DNA of 64,000 nucleotides from a bacterium (GTDB lineage Bacteria > Patescibacteriota > Minisyncoccia > UBA6257 > JAUSGH01): contig JAUSGH010000007.1 in assembly GCA_030649055.1 (NCBI GenBank), positions 1,854-65,853 on the forward strand. Direction: 5' to 3'. Of this stretch, positions 9,210 to 19,749 are shown in pieces (within the stretch, counting starts at the first letter, position 1; every line of letters starts with the position of its first letter). Under the pieces are notes generated by a model. It had not been told where the DNA came from. It made no database searches and saw only the letters and a program-made list of their open reading frames with translations. A program made the translations under genes and the position numbers.

Positions 9210-9252
9210 ACCGGCCCCAGAGAGTTTCTCTCTGCGGGCCGGTTTCATTTTT
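9210..9252 (+). terminator. Rho-independent terminator
   Basis: ccggccccagagag-ttt-ctctctgcgggccgg followed by T-rich tract. Confidence 0.75.
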
Positions 9253-9256
9253 GATT

Positions 9257-9931
9257 CTAATACTTCCTTATCTTCGCGATGAGATCGCGATGTTCCGGAT
9301 ACAGCGCGCGAAGCTCGCGAAGTGCGTCCTCCTGCCAGCCAGTTTCTTTCGTCACGCTTTCGGGCCTGCGGATATAAGTGAATAGCGGCTTTGGAATCCG
9401 AAAGCCCTTCCAGCGGCCGAGCGTCCGCAGCAGCAAATCATATTCGGGAAATTTCAGACCTTCACGGTAACATCCTTCCGCGGCTAACCGCTCCCTGCGA
9501 TACATCATCCCGATGGCGATGCTTGAAAATATATTTTCGGTGCTGACGACACGCGTAACGTCGCCCATGCGCTCCTCGTAATCGGAATACACGAAATCAA
9601 TCTCGGGATTGGCGTCAAGCACATCGGTTGTCTCACGCAAAAGGTCCGGCCCGAACGCATCGTCGCTATCAAGCTTGGTGACATAGGTGCCAACCGCCGC
9701 GCGGAACCCGGCATTCGCCGCGCCGACAAAACCGCGGTTCGCCTGCCGGATGACGCGGATAGCATTGCCGAACCGCGCGAGTATCTGCGGCGTCTCATCG
9801 GTGGAGCCGTCGTCAATAACGACGATCTCGTAATCGCTTTTCGGAAACTGCTGCGTGAGCGCACTCTGTAACGAGCGTTCAATAAACGCAGCGGAGTTAT
9901 ATGCCGTAATGACGATTGATGCTTTTATCAT
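9257..9931 (-). CDS. Glycosyltransferase family 2
   Basis: SIVITAYN, VIDDGSTD, LDSDD. Confidence 0.9.
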   Translation of the reverse strand: MIKASIVITAYNSAAFIERSLQSALTQQFPKSDYEIVVIDDGSTDETPQILARFGNAIRVIRQANRGFVGAANAGFRAAVGTYVTKLDSDDAFGPDLLRETTDVLDANPEIDFVYSDYEERMGDVTRVVSTENIFSSIAIGMMYRRERLAAEGCYREGLKFPEYDLLLRTLGRWKGFRIPKPLFTYIRRPESVTKETGWQEDALRELRALYPEHRDLIAKIRKY

Positions 9932-11031
9932 AAGCCCCCTTGTATATGGTCGCGCTGTAACGGCGTCCCGAACGCAATATCGCTCGCGGCTTTTTTGCCG
10001 ATGACCTTATCGTAAAACTTCGTTTCAAGACCGAACGCCGGCCGCACATCCCGGACATTTTCTTTGGTGAACAGTTCACCTTTTTTGATATCCTTCCCCG
10101 CAAACAGCGACCGGCGCCACCGTTTATTGTATTCTTCCAACTTATTATTCGGCCCATAATGCACCTCGCCAAGCATCGTAGCCGGAACCGTTTCCTTCTC
10201 GCCGCGTTTTTCTAAGTCACGAATTTTTGCAATCATTTCTTTAAGTTCGTGCGGCTCCAAAGAAAACTCAGCATCCGGCCCGCCGGTTTTTCTATCTAAA
10301 ATCAAGTGCTTCTCAACAATAGACGCGCCCGCACGCACCGCCATCACTGGGATCTCAACGCCTGCGTTGTTATCGGAAAATCCGCTGACGACCCCGAAAC
10401 GTTCGCGGATGTCCTGAATGGTTTTCAAATTCATATCTTCCCACTTCGGATTGCCGGAGTATCCCGTCACGCAATGCAGTATCGCGATATCCTTCGCGCC
10501 ATACGCGCGGAGCGTATCAATGGCAAACCGCGCCTCGTCTTCCGATGCGTAACCGATGGATATAATCACGGGCTTTCCGGTACGCGCGACTTTTTTGAGC
10601 AACACAAAATCCGTCGCCTCGTATGACGCGATTTTGAACGCCGGCACATCCATTTTGGTCAAAAAATCCACGGCGGTTTCGTCAAACGGAGTTGAAAAAA
10701 GCATGACGCCAAGTTTATCCGCAAGCTTTTTCAACTTCGGTTGCCATTCCCAAGGCGTATACGCGGTTTGATACAGCTGATATAACGTCTTACCTTTCCA
10801 CAATTCCGGATTATCTTCGCCACCGACTCTAAACCACTCTTTGTCACAGTTTAAGGTCATCGTATCCGGCGTATATGTTTGGAGTTTTACTGCGTCAACG
10901 CCCGCCGCTGCGGCGGCCTCCACCAGGCGCACGGCCTCTTCATATTTTTGATGATGATTACCCGAAAGCTCCGCAACGATAAAACACGGATTCCCCGGAC
11001 CGATTTTTTTATTGCCGATGTTCATAGTCAT
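9928..11031 (-). CDS. pseI: Pseudaminic acid synthase (NeuB family with SAF domain)
   Basis: AELSGNH, VKLQTYTPDT, TPWEW, FSTPFD, EKHL, RRSL. Confidence 0.9.
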   Translation of the reverse strand: MTMNIGNKKIGPGNPCFIVAELSGNHHQKYEEAVRLVEAAAAAGVDAVKLQTYTPDTMTLNCDKEWFRVGGEDNPELWKGKTLYQLYQTAYTPWEWQPKLKKLADKLGVMLFSTPFDETAVDFLTKMDVPAFKIASYEATDFVLLKKVARTGKPVIISIGYASEDEARFAIDTLRAYGAKDIAILHCVTGYSGNPKWEDMNLKTIQDIRERFGVVSGFSDNNAGVEIPVMAVRAGASIVEKHLILDRKTGGPDAEFSLEPHELKEMIAKIRDLEKRGEKETVPATMLGEVHYGPNNKLEEYNKRWRRSLFAGKDIKKGELFTKENVRDVRPAFGLETKFYDKVIGKKAASDIAFGTPLQRDHIQGGL

Positions 11032-11042
11032 GTATATAACAC

Positions 11043-11537
11043 CTACCGCGACGCGATCATTTCAATACATTCGTGGCCTTCGTAATCAACGATGCCGCGA
11101 TTTTCATATCCTGCTTTTTGAAATGTCTTCACGGATGCAAAGTTATCGGTTTTGATGTGCGCAAAAATCTTTTTGATGTTCGGAAAGTCTTTAAACAATG
11201 ATTGACCCGCGGAACGCAAAGCTTCGCTACCGATCCCCTTTCCACGAAAACGCTCCGTAACAGAAACACTGACCTCGGCGGATTCTCCGCCGTCATCAAC
11301 ATCAAATCGCACCTGACCCGCTGACGTGCCGTCCGCCTCAACGACGTACAATACGCGTTTAGGATTTCGCAAAGAGCTCTTGAACCACGCGTCGTGTGTG
11401 GACGCATCAACGCGCTCCGTATGCCAAGATTGCGCGCGAACGCTGTCCTCGTTGCGGAGTTGGAACAAAAAATCCTTGTCACGTTCTTCCGCGCGACGCA
11501 CGCGTATCGTTTGCGGCATGTTATCACTAGACCTCAT
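11043..11537 (-). CDS. GNAT N-acetyltransferase (PseH-like)
   Basis: LRNEDSVR..S, H.AWF, GQVRFD, RGKGIG, N.AS..F.KAG. Confidence 0.8.
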   Translation of the reverse strand: MRSSDNMPQTIRVRRAEERDKDFLFQLRNEDSVRAQSWHTERVDASTHDAWFKSSLRNPKRVLYVVEADGTSAGQVRFDVDDGGESAEVSVSVTERFRGKGIGSEALRSAGQSLFKDFPNIKKIFAHIKTDNFASVKTFQKAGYENRGIVDYEGHECIEMIASR

Positions 11538-11691
11538 GTATAATTATTTTCGTTATGCAGGAGGACCATCATTTTTTAAGGAGGAACATTGCATCCTTCT
11601 TGGTCGGGTCGTTTACTCAAACGCTTTGGCCGCGAACATGCTGCGGATATTACTTGACCACAATTCTACACCGTAACGGATTATATCCTTT

Positions 11692-12450
11692 TTAAACCAT
11701 CCTCACCGGAATGCCGGCATCCCACATCCGCTGCTTAATGCTGTTGGCGGTATGGCCGGAATAATGAAACATACTTGCCAAAGAAACCGCATCCGCATGA
11801 CCGACCAAAACCGCGTCAATAATATCCTGCACCTTCCCCGCTCCGCCAGAAGCAATGACCGGAACGGAAACGGCGCCAGCCACCGCCTTAATGAGATCTA
11901 AGTCGTAACCCTCCATGGTGCCATCCTTATCGATGGAAGTAAGCAAAATTTCTCCCGCTCCGCGACACTCCATTTCCCTTGCCCAGTGAACCGCCGATAT
12001 TCCGGAATTTTCCAGTCCACGATTTTTAAAGACAACATAATCGTTACCGACCTTTTTTGCGTCCATGGATAATACTACGCATTGACTGCCGAAAGTTCTC
12101 GCCGCCAAAGCGACGAATTCCGGGTTTTGCAACGCCTCGCTGTTCACGGCTATTTTATCCGCCCCTATTTTCAATAACATTCCGATGTCATCCAAGGAAT
12201 GAATGCCACCGCCGATAGTCAGCGGCATAAAACATTCCTTCGCGATTCCCTGAACAATTTCAAAAGCCGGTGGGCGGTGTTCTTCGGTAGCCTTTAAATC
12301 AATAAAAATTAATTCATCCACGTTCCGGCTGTTATAAACTCTCGCCATCTGTATGGGATTGCCAAGATTCCTTAATCCATCGAATTTGATTGTTTTGACA
12401 AGATTAATCCCATTAAACAGCATGCATGGGATAACTCTGGTTTTAAGCAT
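11692..12450 (-). CDS. hisF: HisF-like cyclase, glycan-associated (WbuZ-like)
   Basis: RVIPC, VDEL, PLTIGGGI, GAGEILLTSIDKDGT; clustered with WbuX. Confidence 0.85.
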   Translation of the reverse strand: MLKTRVIPCMLFNGINLVKTIKFDGLRNLGNPIQMARVYNSRNVDELIFIDLKATEEHRPPAFEIVQGIAKECFMPLTIGGGIHSLDDIGMLLKIGADKIAVNSEALQNPEFVALAARTFGSQCVVLSMDAKKVGNDYVVFKNRGLENSGISAVHWAREMECRGAGEILLTSIDKDGTMEGYDLDLIKAVAGAVSVPVIASGGAGKVQDIIDAVLVGHADAVSLASMFHYSGHTANSIKQRMWDAGIPVRMV

Positions 12451-13081
12451 ACTCAGTAATTTGTTTTAAAAAATTTTCTAAAAACTTCCATCCGCTATGT
12501 TGGCTTTTCTCCGGATGAAACTGCGCGGCGAAAATATTATCGCGTTGAATGCCGGCGGCAAACCTTTCTCCGTAATCGCAGGTTGCGGAAATAATCGCGA
12601 TGTCGTCGGGGCGGACACAATAACTGTGGACAAAATAAAAATTTTTATCCTCAATACCGTCAAAAAGACGGCTGTTCCCATTAACCGGTTCAACATTGTC
12701 CCAGCCGACATGAGGTAGCCGCAAACTTCCGGCATCCAGCTTAACGGTTTTGCCTTTAATAAAACCCAACCCGCGCGTTTCTCCGAACTCATAACCGACA
12801 TCTGTCAGTAGCTGCATGCCAAGACAAATGCCTAAAAACGGAACTTTCTCCTCCAGCACTCTTTGAGCTAAAATGTCCGCCAAACCGAAACGCTTAAGAT
12901 TCTCCATTCCGTCCCCAAACGCGCCTACTCCGGGAAGCACTAAGAAATCCGCGCGGGAAATTTCATCTTGTTTGCGGGAAACGACAACCGATGCGCCGAT
13001 TTTTTCGAATGTTTTCGCAACCGAAGCAACATTGCCCATCTCATAATCAATGATGATGCCGTTAAGCACTTTCATTGTCAT
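12443..13081 (-). CDS. hisH: HisH-like glutamine amidotransferase, glycan-associated (WbuY-like)
   Basis: DYEMGN, LPGVGAF, GICLGMQ, YFVHSY, QFHPEKS. Confidence 0.88.
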   Translation of the reverse strand: MTMKVLNGIIIDYEMGNVASVAKTFEKIGASVVVSRKQDEISRADFLVLPGVGAFGDGMENLKRFGLADILAQRVLEEKVPFLGICLGMQLLTDVGYEFGETRGLGFIKGKTVKLDAGSLRLPHVGWDNVEPVNGNSRLFDGIEDKNFYFVHSYCVRPDDIAIISATCDYGERFAAGIQRDNIFAAQFHPEKSQHSGWKFLENFLKQITEYA

Positions 13082-14222
13082 AATTTACTTTAACTAAATT
13101 CCCGGCAATATCCCGTAAAAACTTTCCGTGAGAATCCTTTTTGAAAATCTGCGGATTGGTAAAAGAATCCATAACGGCATCAATCTCCTCCTTGCTCATG
13201 CCGGAATATTCCGAAAATTCTTTAACTCCGTAATACGGATACTTGCCGTCATACTTTCGGACCAACTCCATTCCCTCTTCCCTGGTAATCCGGCCATTCC
13301 TAATGTCCAAGCAGGCATGATCCGTAGCCCTGCAAAAACCGTATTTGAGAAATTTCAAATAATCGTGGACGCCAACCGTACCCTCATCCAGATTTTCATA
13401 ATTGGTGTATGTTCCCTCAACCGGTCCGTCTTCCTTAACGGCAAATCCGTATCGCTTGACGATTTCATTTTGCTTTCTTGCGTCCCACTTAAAGTAATAG
13501 CCCAGGAATAGCCCGGTCGCGCCGACCCGTTTTAACTCATTGTCGCTCGGGTAAGAATACGCGAGCAGATCTTTTTTGGTAATCCCGCCGACGCCAATCA
13601 TGTCATCCACTCTGTTTCCCAAAAGTCCGCCGAATTCCTCAAGCCAGCGCCGGTCAAGATAATTTTTCTCGGTGGCGGACGCCGGTCCCCCATATTCCAA
13701 CTGGGAATTTTCCCCCCAAATAATCAGAGGGACATTATACTGGACAGCGGTCCGGACCGGAATCGTAAAAATACCGATGTGATTGGGCCATTCGTTGTCG
13801 CCGACCCGTTTAAAGGCCTCGATGGCCATTTTCTTGTATACATCCGGATTTTTTTTGAAATAAACGAAGTCGCAGCCGAATGTCCGGATATTCTCCCGAT
13901 TTTTTCTTCCCAATTCCGTAATATGGGTCTGCTCGAAAGAAACCAGCAGTGGATTCAGACCGTACACTTTTTTCATCACATAAACCTGGTAATGGCTATC
14001 CTTGCCGCCACTGACCGGAATAATGCAATCGTAATTGCTGCCGTCTTTGGAGCGGTATGTTTCAATAATGGCTTCAAATTCTTTTTTCCTCGCTTCCCAG
14101 TCAATGCCGGTTTCTTTCTTTACAGCCGACAGGCAGGCATCGCAAACTCCGGCCTGATCAAAAAATAAATCCGGCTTTGTATTGGGCATGACGCATTTTT
14201 TGCAGTAGGTGATTTTAGTCAT
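13062..14222 (-). CDS. N-acetyl sugar amidotransferase (WbuX/PseA family)
   Basis: YCKKCVMPNTKP, CDAC, PP-loop SGGKDS, WGEN, IRNGRITRE. Confidence 0.9.
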   Translation of the reverse strand: MTKITYCKKCVMPNTKPDLFFDQAGVCDACLSAVKKETGIDWEARKKEFEAIIETYRSKDGSNYDCIIPVSGGKDSHYQVYVMKKVYGLNPLLVSFEQTHITELGRKNRENIRTFGCDFVYFKKNPDVYKKMAIEAFKRVGDNEWPNHIGIFTIPVRTAVQYNVPLIIWGENSQLEYGGPASATEKNYLDRRWLEEFGGLLGNRVDDMIGVGGITKKDLLAYSYPSDNELKRVGATGLFLGYYFKWDARKQNEIVKRYGFAVKEDGPVEGTYTNYENLDEGTVGVHDYLKFLKYGFCRATDHACLDIRNGRITREEGMELVRKYDGKYPYYGVKEFSEYSGMSKEEIDAVMDSFTNPQIFKKDSHGKFLRDIAGNLVKVNYDNESA

Positions 14223-14279
14223 ACGATTTTTGCATGCCTCTCTAGTAACCAGATACTCACGCCTACGTTCACGACGAGC

Positions 14280-14924
14280 TTATATTTTCTTCAATAAAAA
14301 CATCTCGTCCACATTATTACCATTCACGTATTTATATTTTTCTCTTTTTACCAATCTGAGATTTGGAAACAAATCCAGATACATTTGGACGAAATCTCTT
14401 TTCCAAAGCCGGTCCTTATGGCCGCGGTAATCAATCGCCTGAGGTTTTTCCGAAAAATACTCCATCCCCCAGATATATTTCTTGCTGGTCCGATAAATTT
14501 CCCGCATGGCTTTTTTGAGATCCTTCGGAGCAATATGAATCAAAACTCCGGAGGTGAATACCAAATCAAAATAATCATCCTTAAAAGGAATATCAAAAGC
14601 GCTTCCCTGGATAATATTGATTCCTTTCGTGTGCGTTTGAGCTATCGCAACGGCGACGTTAAAAATTTCCACTCCGTAAAGATTTTGATGGCCTTGTGAT
14701 TGCAAAAGTGCCAATTGGTTTCCGACGCTGCTCCCAACCTCCAGGATATTATTCAACTTCAATGTACCCAAAAACCGGGTATTCATTACCGATCTGGACA
14801 GCCCGTATTCTTTCATATAAAGGTCGTCTAATTCCCTGTTGGTGAACAGGTTCCTTTCTATGTACCCTTTGTCAAAATCCGATTGCCAAAATTTTTCCTG
14901 GTCAGTGAATTTTCTATTTTTCAT
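14280..14924 (-). CDS. Pseudaminic acid biosynthesis-associated SAM methyltransferase
   Basis: QEKFW..F..YI.RN, ILEVG, FDLVFTSGVLIH, YRGH..LWKRDF. Confidence 0.85.
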   Translation of the reverse strand: MKNRKFTDQEKFWQSDFDKGYIERNLFTNRELDDLYMKEYGLSRSVMNTRFLGTLKLNNILEVGSSVGNQLALLQSQGHQNLYGVEIFNVAVAIAQTHTKGINIIQGSAFDIPFKDDYFDLVFTSGVLIHIAPKDLKKAMREIYRTSKKYIWGMEYFSEKPQAIDYRGHKDRLWKRDFVQMYLDLFPNLRLVKREKYKYVNGNNVDEMFLLKKI

Positions 14925-15042
14925 ATAATACGATGATAACCAACAATTGCCCGCAATGCAAAATTCTACCGCATCACGCATCGGACTTTTTTATAACGAT
15001 TTCATATATGACGGCGCCATACTCAACGCGATAGTCCTCTTT

Positions 15043-15588
15043 TTACTTACTATCAATCTCAGCTTCGAGTACTGACCAACAATCAACGTCCCGATAGCCG
15101 CGCGGCATCCGGAACGCGTCGCGGCGACGCCCTTCAAAAACCCAGTTTAGTTTACGCATGATGGCGTTAAAGACCGGGTGCGCCGATTCAGCCCATAACC
15201 GATGAAGCTTTAAAACTTTAAATGCCAGCTTGGTCGCGAGAATAATTGCTTCAGTCGCATAGCCCTTGCCCCAGACGCTCCGATCGCCAATCATAATCGA
15301 AAGCTCGGCGCTCTTGTTTTCCTTGTCGATAGCGATAATAAAGATATTCCCAATATGTTTCTCCCCATCTTTAATGAACACGGCAAAATGGCGATCGGGC
15401 GACTGTCGCGTTGACGCGATAAAATCCCTTACGTCCTTAAGCGAAAATTTTTTTCCTCGCCGTCGGGTGTAAAGCTGAACCTTGGCGTCGTTTAACCAGT
15501 GAACATACCTCAGTGTCGCCTCAGCCGGTGATAATTCCCTTAACCCGAGCCGCTCACTGGCAATAAGATACGTTGAATGCTTTTTCAT
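15043..15588 (-). CDS. GNAT (RimJ/RimL-like) N-acetyltransferase
   Basis: YVHWLND, HIGNI, AELSIMIG..WGKGYATEA. Confidence 0.85.
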   Translation of the reverse strand: MKKHSTYLIASERLGLRELSPAEATLRYVHWLNDAKVQLYTRRRGKKFSLKDVRDFIASTRQSPDRHFAVFIKDGEKHIGNIFIIAIDKENKSAELSIMIGDRSVWGKGYATEAIILATKLAFKVLKLHRLWAESAHPVFNAIMRKLNWVFEGRRRDAFRMPRGYRDVDCWSVLEAEIDSK

Positions 15589-15635
15589 TTTTTGGACGAC
15601 GCCTCGCAAGAAGACAAGGCAGTAATGAAGATTAC

Positions 15636-16313
15636 TTATTTCCGCAGAATCGCTTCCGCGCGATCAAAATCTTCAGGGTAATCAATATCAACATTTTCAT
15701 CATTGTCCATGATGAGCGGCAGTAACTTATCGGCGACAACCTGCCGCATCAGGATATTGGTGCGCGTCAAATATATCGCCCCGTTTTCTTTGAACAGCGG
15801 CTTTGACATTTGGCGGTTTTCCAACTTTCGCGGATACAGACGCTCGTAGCCACCCTCAACCTCAACCCAAAAATGTCCCTTATCGTATGTGCCGCTGACA
15901 ACCGAGTCGGCATCGTTTGCCAGCGCCAGATCCACGGCTTGCTGTATCCGCTCGGTTTTCAATAAGGGCGAAGTCGGATACACCAAGAGGACGTAATCCG
16001 GACTATATCCTTCCTTACGCTTCAGCTCTTTCACCGCGTGCTGCAACACCGGCAGCGTCGCGACCTCATCGGTCGCAAGTTCCATCGGACGGATAAAGGG
16101 TACCTCGGCACCGAACTTTTTTGCCACCTCGGCAATTTCCTTGTCTTCGGTGCTCACAATGACCCGGTCAATGCCTTTCACTTTTTTTACGGAGGCGATG
16201 ATGTAGCTGATCATCGGTTTTCCGGCGAGCAGCTTGATATTTTTTCTCGGCACCCCTTTTGAACCTCCCCGGGCCGGAATAACAACAATTATTTTCTTTT
16301 TATTTTTTTCCAT
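15636..16313 (-). CDS. neuA: CMP-nonulosonate synthetase (acylneuraminate cytidylyltransferase)
   Basis: IPARGGSKGVPRKN, PTSP, ENGAIY, DID..EDF. Confidence 0.92.
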   Translation of the reverse strand: MEKNKKKIIVVIPARGGSKGVPRKNIKLLAGKPMISYIIASVKKVKGIDRVIVSTEDKEIAEVAKKFGAEVPFIRPMELATDEVATLPVLQHAVKELKRKEGYSPDYVLLVYPTSPLLKTERIQQAVDLALANDADSVVSGTYDKGHFWVEVEGGYERLYPRKLENRQMSKPLFKENGAIYLTRTNILMRQVVADKLLPLIMDNDENVDIDYPEDFDRAEAILRK

Positions 16314-17344
16314 ATTTTAGTGATAAAGGTAATAATATTTTGAGTTGCGTTCATATTCGCATACTGTTTCTTCAGCACCGAGAGCGTACGCGCCGGCGGC
16401 GACCACTGTTTCCGGCGATAATACTCATCTAAGTAATCATATAAATCTTTTTTATGATAGATTGCCCGGCTCAATCCTCTTCGGTTACTCACCAACACAT
16501 CATCCTTCGGATGAAGTCCCGGCTGATAGCTGATAACCGGCTTACCGGCAATGCTTGCTTCAAGCAGCACAATAGAATTTGTTCCGACAATCAGCGTTGC
16601 TTCGCTAAGTAATCGGTAAAGATCGGCATCCTTCACCACGCGAACCGGAACTTCGGGATAACGGGCGATAAGTTCATCGTACTTCCCTTCCTCTTCCTTC
16701 GGATGCAACTTCACGATAACAGGTCCGTAATCCTTCCATTGTGCGTATCCGAGCACGTCTTCCAGCACCTGAAATTCGTTGAAGGGATACGGATTGGGAT
16801 GCAACGAAGAAAACGGTGTTGAAATATATAACAAATTTTTCGGGTGTTTTGTTTTTGTACGGATTTTTTTTATGCTTGCCTCAAGAGCCGGGTTTCCTGT
16901 AATCGCGATTGCCCCGGCGGGAACGCCGAGTTCCAATAATTCGCGCTTCATCACGCGGTCAATCACGCAAATGTCATCCGGAAGATAACGGTGGCGTTTA
17001 TTTATTTTTTCTCCGAAGCGGTCGTCGTAACCGCTCCAATAATCAATCACGGAAACGGTTCGTATGCCGCGCGCCCGGGCAATAAGCGTGAACCGTTTTT
17101 CGATACTCAGTCCGGCGCTTGCCCCCAGCACCATGATGTCCGGCTTCCACGCAACAACAACATCCGCAAGCTGCGCGTCCGAATAAGAAGTGCAGTCCGT
17201 AGCACGAATCTTCTCCCGCGCGAACATCGGAACGGCGTATTTCGCTCCAAGCACCTTAACCGAAGCTTTTGCAGATAACTTTTTGATCACCGGCGCGAGC
17301 GCGTTCGCGCTGCCCGGATCCTGCGCCGCGAAAAGAACTCTCAT
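16289..17344 (-). CDS. GT-B-fold protein (putative nonulosonate transferase/hydrolase)
   Basis: DPGSANA, ITGNP, KLHPKE, S..LLEA...GKPVI. Confidence 0.55.
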   Translation of the reverse strand: MRVLFAAQDPGSANALAPVIKKLSAKASVKVLGAKYAVPMFAREKIRATDCTSYSDAQLADVVVAWKPDIMVLGASAGLSIEKRFTLIARARGIRTVSVIDYWSGYDDRFGEKINKRHRYLPDDICVIDRVMKRELLELGVPAGAIAITGNPALEASIKKIRTKTKHPKNLLYISTPFSSLHPNPYPFNEFQVLEDVLGYAQWKDYGPVIVKLHPKEEEGKYDELIARYPEVPVRVVKDADLYRLLSEATLIVGTNSIVLLEASIAGKPVISYQPGLHPKDDVLVSNRRGLSRAIYHKKDLYDYLDEYYRRKQWSPPARTLSVLKKQYANMNATQNIITFITKIWKKIKRK

Positions 17345-17347
17345 ATA

Positions 17348-18631
17348 TTACTTATTTCCATTAAACTCCTGCCGGTTGGCGTAAACTTTTTTAACGGCGC
17401 TAACAAAAAGATCTATATGTTTTTTTGTCCTCGGATATTGACACACCGTCGTGAACGTAAATTCTTTTTCATACATCCGTTCAACCACGGGACAAATGCC
17501 CTTCGTATAATCAACGCGTCCCCCGTAATGGCTTCCCACAAACGGAAAGTTAGTGTTATTAAATACCTTTTGCTCCTGAAATACGCGCAGGAGATATAAA
17601 GGTTTGGTATATCCGAGGGACATGGGGAACCCTTCGGCGGTCATCGCCCGCGCAAAGTTATCACGAGAAATCTCCAGTTTCGATTCGTCAATTTTCATCG
17701 GGTACACATAAAACACGTGGCTCGAACCCTTGGGAACATACGGCAATACAAGGCCGGGAATGACGGACAACTGTTTTGTAAGATATGTTACCAACTCCAG
17801 CCGCTTCTTGTTCAAAAAATCCAGTTTGCGAAGCTGCTCATACGCGATCGCCGCCTCAAGTTCGGTCATGCGATAATTGCTTCCGATGATAGGACCGTCG
17901 GCGTAACCCGGATCCTGGTCAACATATGCTTCCCCGTGATTCCGCGCCAACTGCGCACGGAACGCGTAATGCGCGTTGTTCGTTACGAGAACTCCGCCCT
18001 CGCCGCTCTGGATAGTTTTATGCACATTGAAACTAAAGACGCCGATGTCGCCGATGGTTCCGGTGAACTTTCCTTTATACGTTGCGCCGGGTGACTGCGC
18101 GTTATCTTCAATAATTTTAATATTGAACTCTTTGGCAATCTTCAGCAGCTCGTCGAAATCAGATGATCCTCCGAAAATATTCACCGCCATAATCGCCTTC
18201 GTGCGCGGGGTAATACATTTTCTGACCGATGCCGGATCAATGCAAAATGTTTTCTCATCAATATCGGCGAATACCGGCACCGCTCCGTTCATCAAAATCG
18301 CGGTGGCCGAGGCACACATGGAGTACGGCGACACGATCACCTCATCACCGGGACCGATACTAAGCGCCGCAACCGCCGCATGTAGCGCAGTCGTCGCCGA
18401 GTTAAATGAAACCGCGTGCTTCACGCCGAATTTTTTACAAAACAGCGCTTCAAGTTTTTTGACCTGTTTGCCGCCCAAAAAATACGGGCCATTCGCGCCC
18501 ACAAAATCCGACAGCGGTCCGTTTTTTATTACTTGCGTCGCCGCGCGCAATTCTTCCTTGCCGATGTTGTACACCGGCGGAAATGGTTTCTTTAATATCG
18601 GCTTCCCTCCAAATAATGCGAGTTTTTTCAT
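17348..18631 (-). CDS. DegT/DnrJ/EryC1/StrS sugar aminotransferase
   Basis: NSATTALH, IEDNAQ, FSFNVHKTIQSGEGG (PLP Lys present). Confidence 0.9.
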   Translation of the reverse strand: MKKLALFGGKPILKKPFPPVYNIGKEELRAATQVIKNGPLSDFVGANGPYFLGGKQVKKLEALFCKKFGVKHAVSFNSATTALHAAVAALSIGPGDEVIVSPYSMCASATAILMNGAVPVFADIDEKTFCIDPASVRKCITPRTKAIMAVNIFGGSSDFDELLKIAKEFNIKIIEDNAQSPGATYKGKFTGTIGDIGVFSFNVHKTIQSGEGGVLVTNNAHYAFRAQLARNHGEAYVDQDPGYADGPIIGSNYRMTELEAAIAYEQLRKLDFLNKKRLELVTYLTKQLSVIPGLVLPYVPKGSSHVFYVYPMKIDESKLEISRDNFARAMTAEGFPMSLGYTKPLYLLRVFQEQKVFNNTNFPFVGSHYGGRVDYTKGICPVVERMYEKEFTFTTVCQYPRTKKHIDLFVSAVKKVYANRQEFNGNK

Positions 18632-18707
18632 ATGATTTAGCGAAATTATGTGATTCCCCAGAATCATCCTGGGGATAGGCGCAACGTCCATTGAGCGCCG
18701 ACGCTTT

Positions 18708-19745
18708 TTATTTTTTCACATCCCCGCCCGGTTGAGGCAACTTCTTCACCTTCCCCCGAAACGACAAGCGGACATTCACCCCATTATGCTCAGAAGAATA
18801 CAACAATGCATGCATAATTTCGAGTGAAGCTAACGCCGTCTTCCCCGACGAACGCGGTTCGCGATTTTTCCCGACGCTACCCAAGAGATCCTGAAGCGCG
18901 GAATCCATATAATTGCGCGGCAAATCTTTCGAAATCGGATTCCGGGCATCATTGGCGATAAACTGCGACCCGAGCACCGGATCTTTTTGTTTCAGATAAT
19001 ACCGGTAGTCATATACGCCGAACGGCTTGTTGATGGTATCAAGCCGCGCGTCGGATCCGAAGATGTTCATCTCCAGAATGCTGTACTGTTTCGTCGCGAG
19101 TGGCATGATGGTGGCGAACACCGAACCGAATCGCAGTCGGCCGATTAATCCGTTCTTCGCATTCGTCGCCGACACTTCATCGCATGGTCCGAACAAAAAT
19201 ACTAAGAGATCCAGGAGATGCGAGCCAGTCGTTACAATACCGCCGCTATAATAACAGCCAACCGCCTGCACATCCCCTACCAGTTCCGCCATGTGTTCTT
19301 TAATAAACTCATAGAAAGGATCATAGCGGCGAATAAAATTCACGAGCAGTTTGACGCCGCGCCGTTCGCACGCAGCCGCCATTTTTTTCGCTTCGGTTAA
19401 AGAAATCGCCAGCGGTTTCTCGCACCAAATTCCGCGGACCGAAGCATGCTTCAACACCTCCCGCAAAATCGGGAAGTGGGTTTGGTCCGGAGTGCAGATA
19501 CTGACAAGCTCCGGCTTTTCTTGCCGAAACATTTCGCGATAATCGGAGTACGGTCGGCCGCGGAACAAGGCACTTGCCGATTGCAAGGCGCGCTGATCGG
19601 AATCGGCGATTGCGACAAGATTGATTTCCTGGTTAGCCAGGTATGCTTCCATATGCGTTGTATGGAACGGAAGTTGATATCCGCTGAACTTCACGCCGAT
19701 ATTGCCGGCTCCGATAATTGCGGCGCGTTTTTTTGTTTGTGCCAT
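18708..19745 (-). CDS. Gfo/Idh/MocA-family oxidoreductase
   Basis: IIGAGNIG, ICTPDQTH, CEKPLA, NFIRRY, GSHLLD. Confidence 0.88.
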   Translation of the reverse strand: MAQTKKRAAIIGAGNIGVKFSGYQLPFHTTHMEAYLANQEINLVAIADSDQRALQSASALFRGRPYSDYREMFRQEKPELVSICTPDQTHFPILREVLKHASVRGIWCEKPLAISLTEAKKMAAACERRGVKLLVNFIRRYDPFYEFIKEHMAELVGDVQAVGCYYSGGIVTTGSHLLDLLVFLFGPCDEVSATNAKNGLIGRLRFGSVFATIMPLATKQYSILEMNIFGSDARLDTINKPFGVYDYRYYLKQKDPVLGSQFIANDARNPISKDLPRNYMDSALQDLLGSVGKNREPRSSGKTALASLEIMHALLYSSEHNGVNVRLSFRGKVKKLPQPGGDVKK

Positions 19746-19749
19746 AAAA

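Noticed and set aside
11692-13081. Histidine biosynthesis operon
   Set aside because: Only hisH/hisF paralogues, coupled to a WbuX-type amidotransferase as is typical of glycan loci
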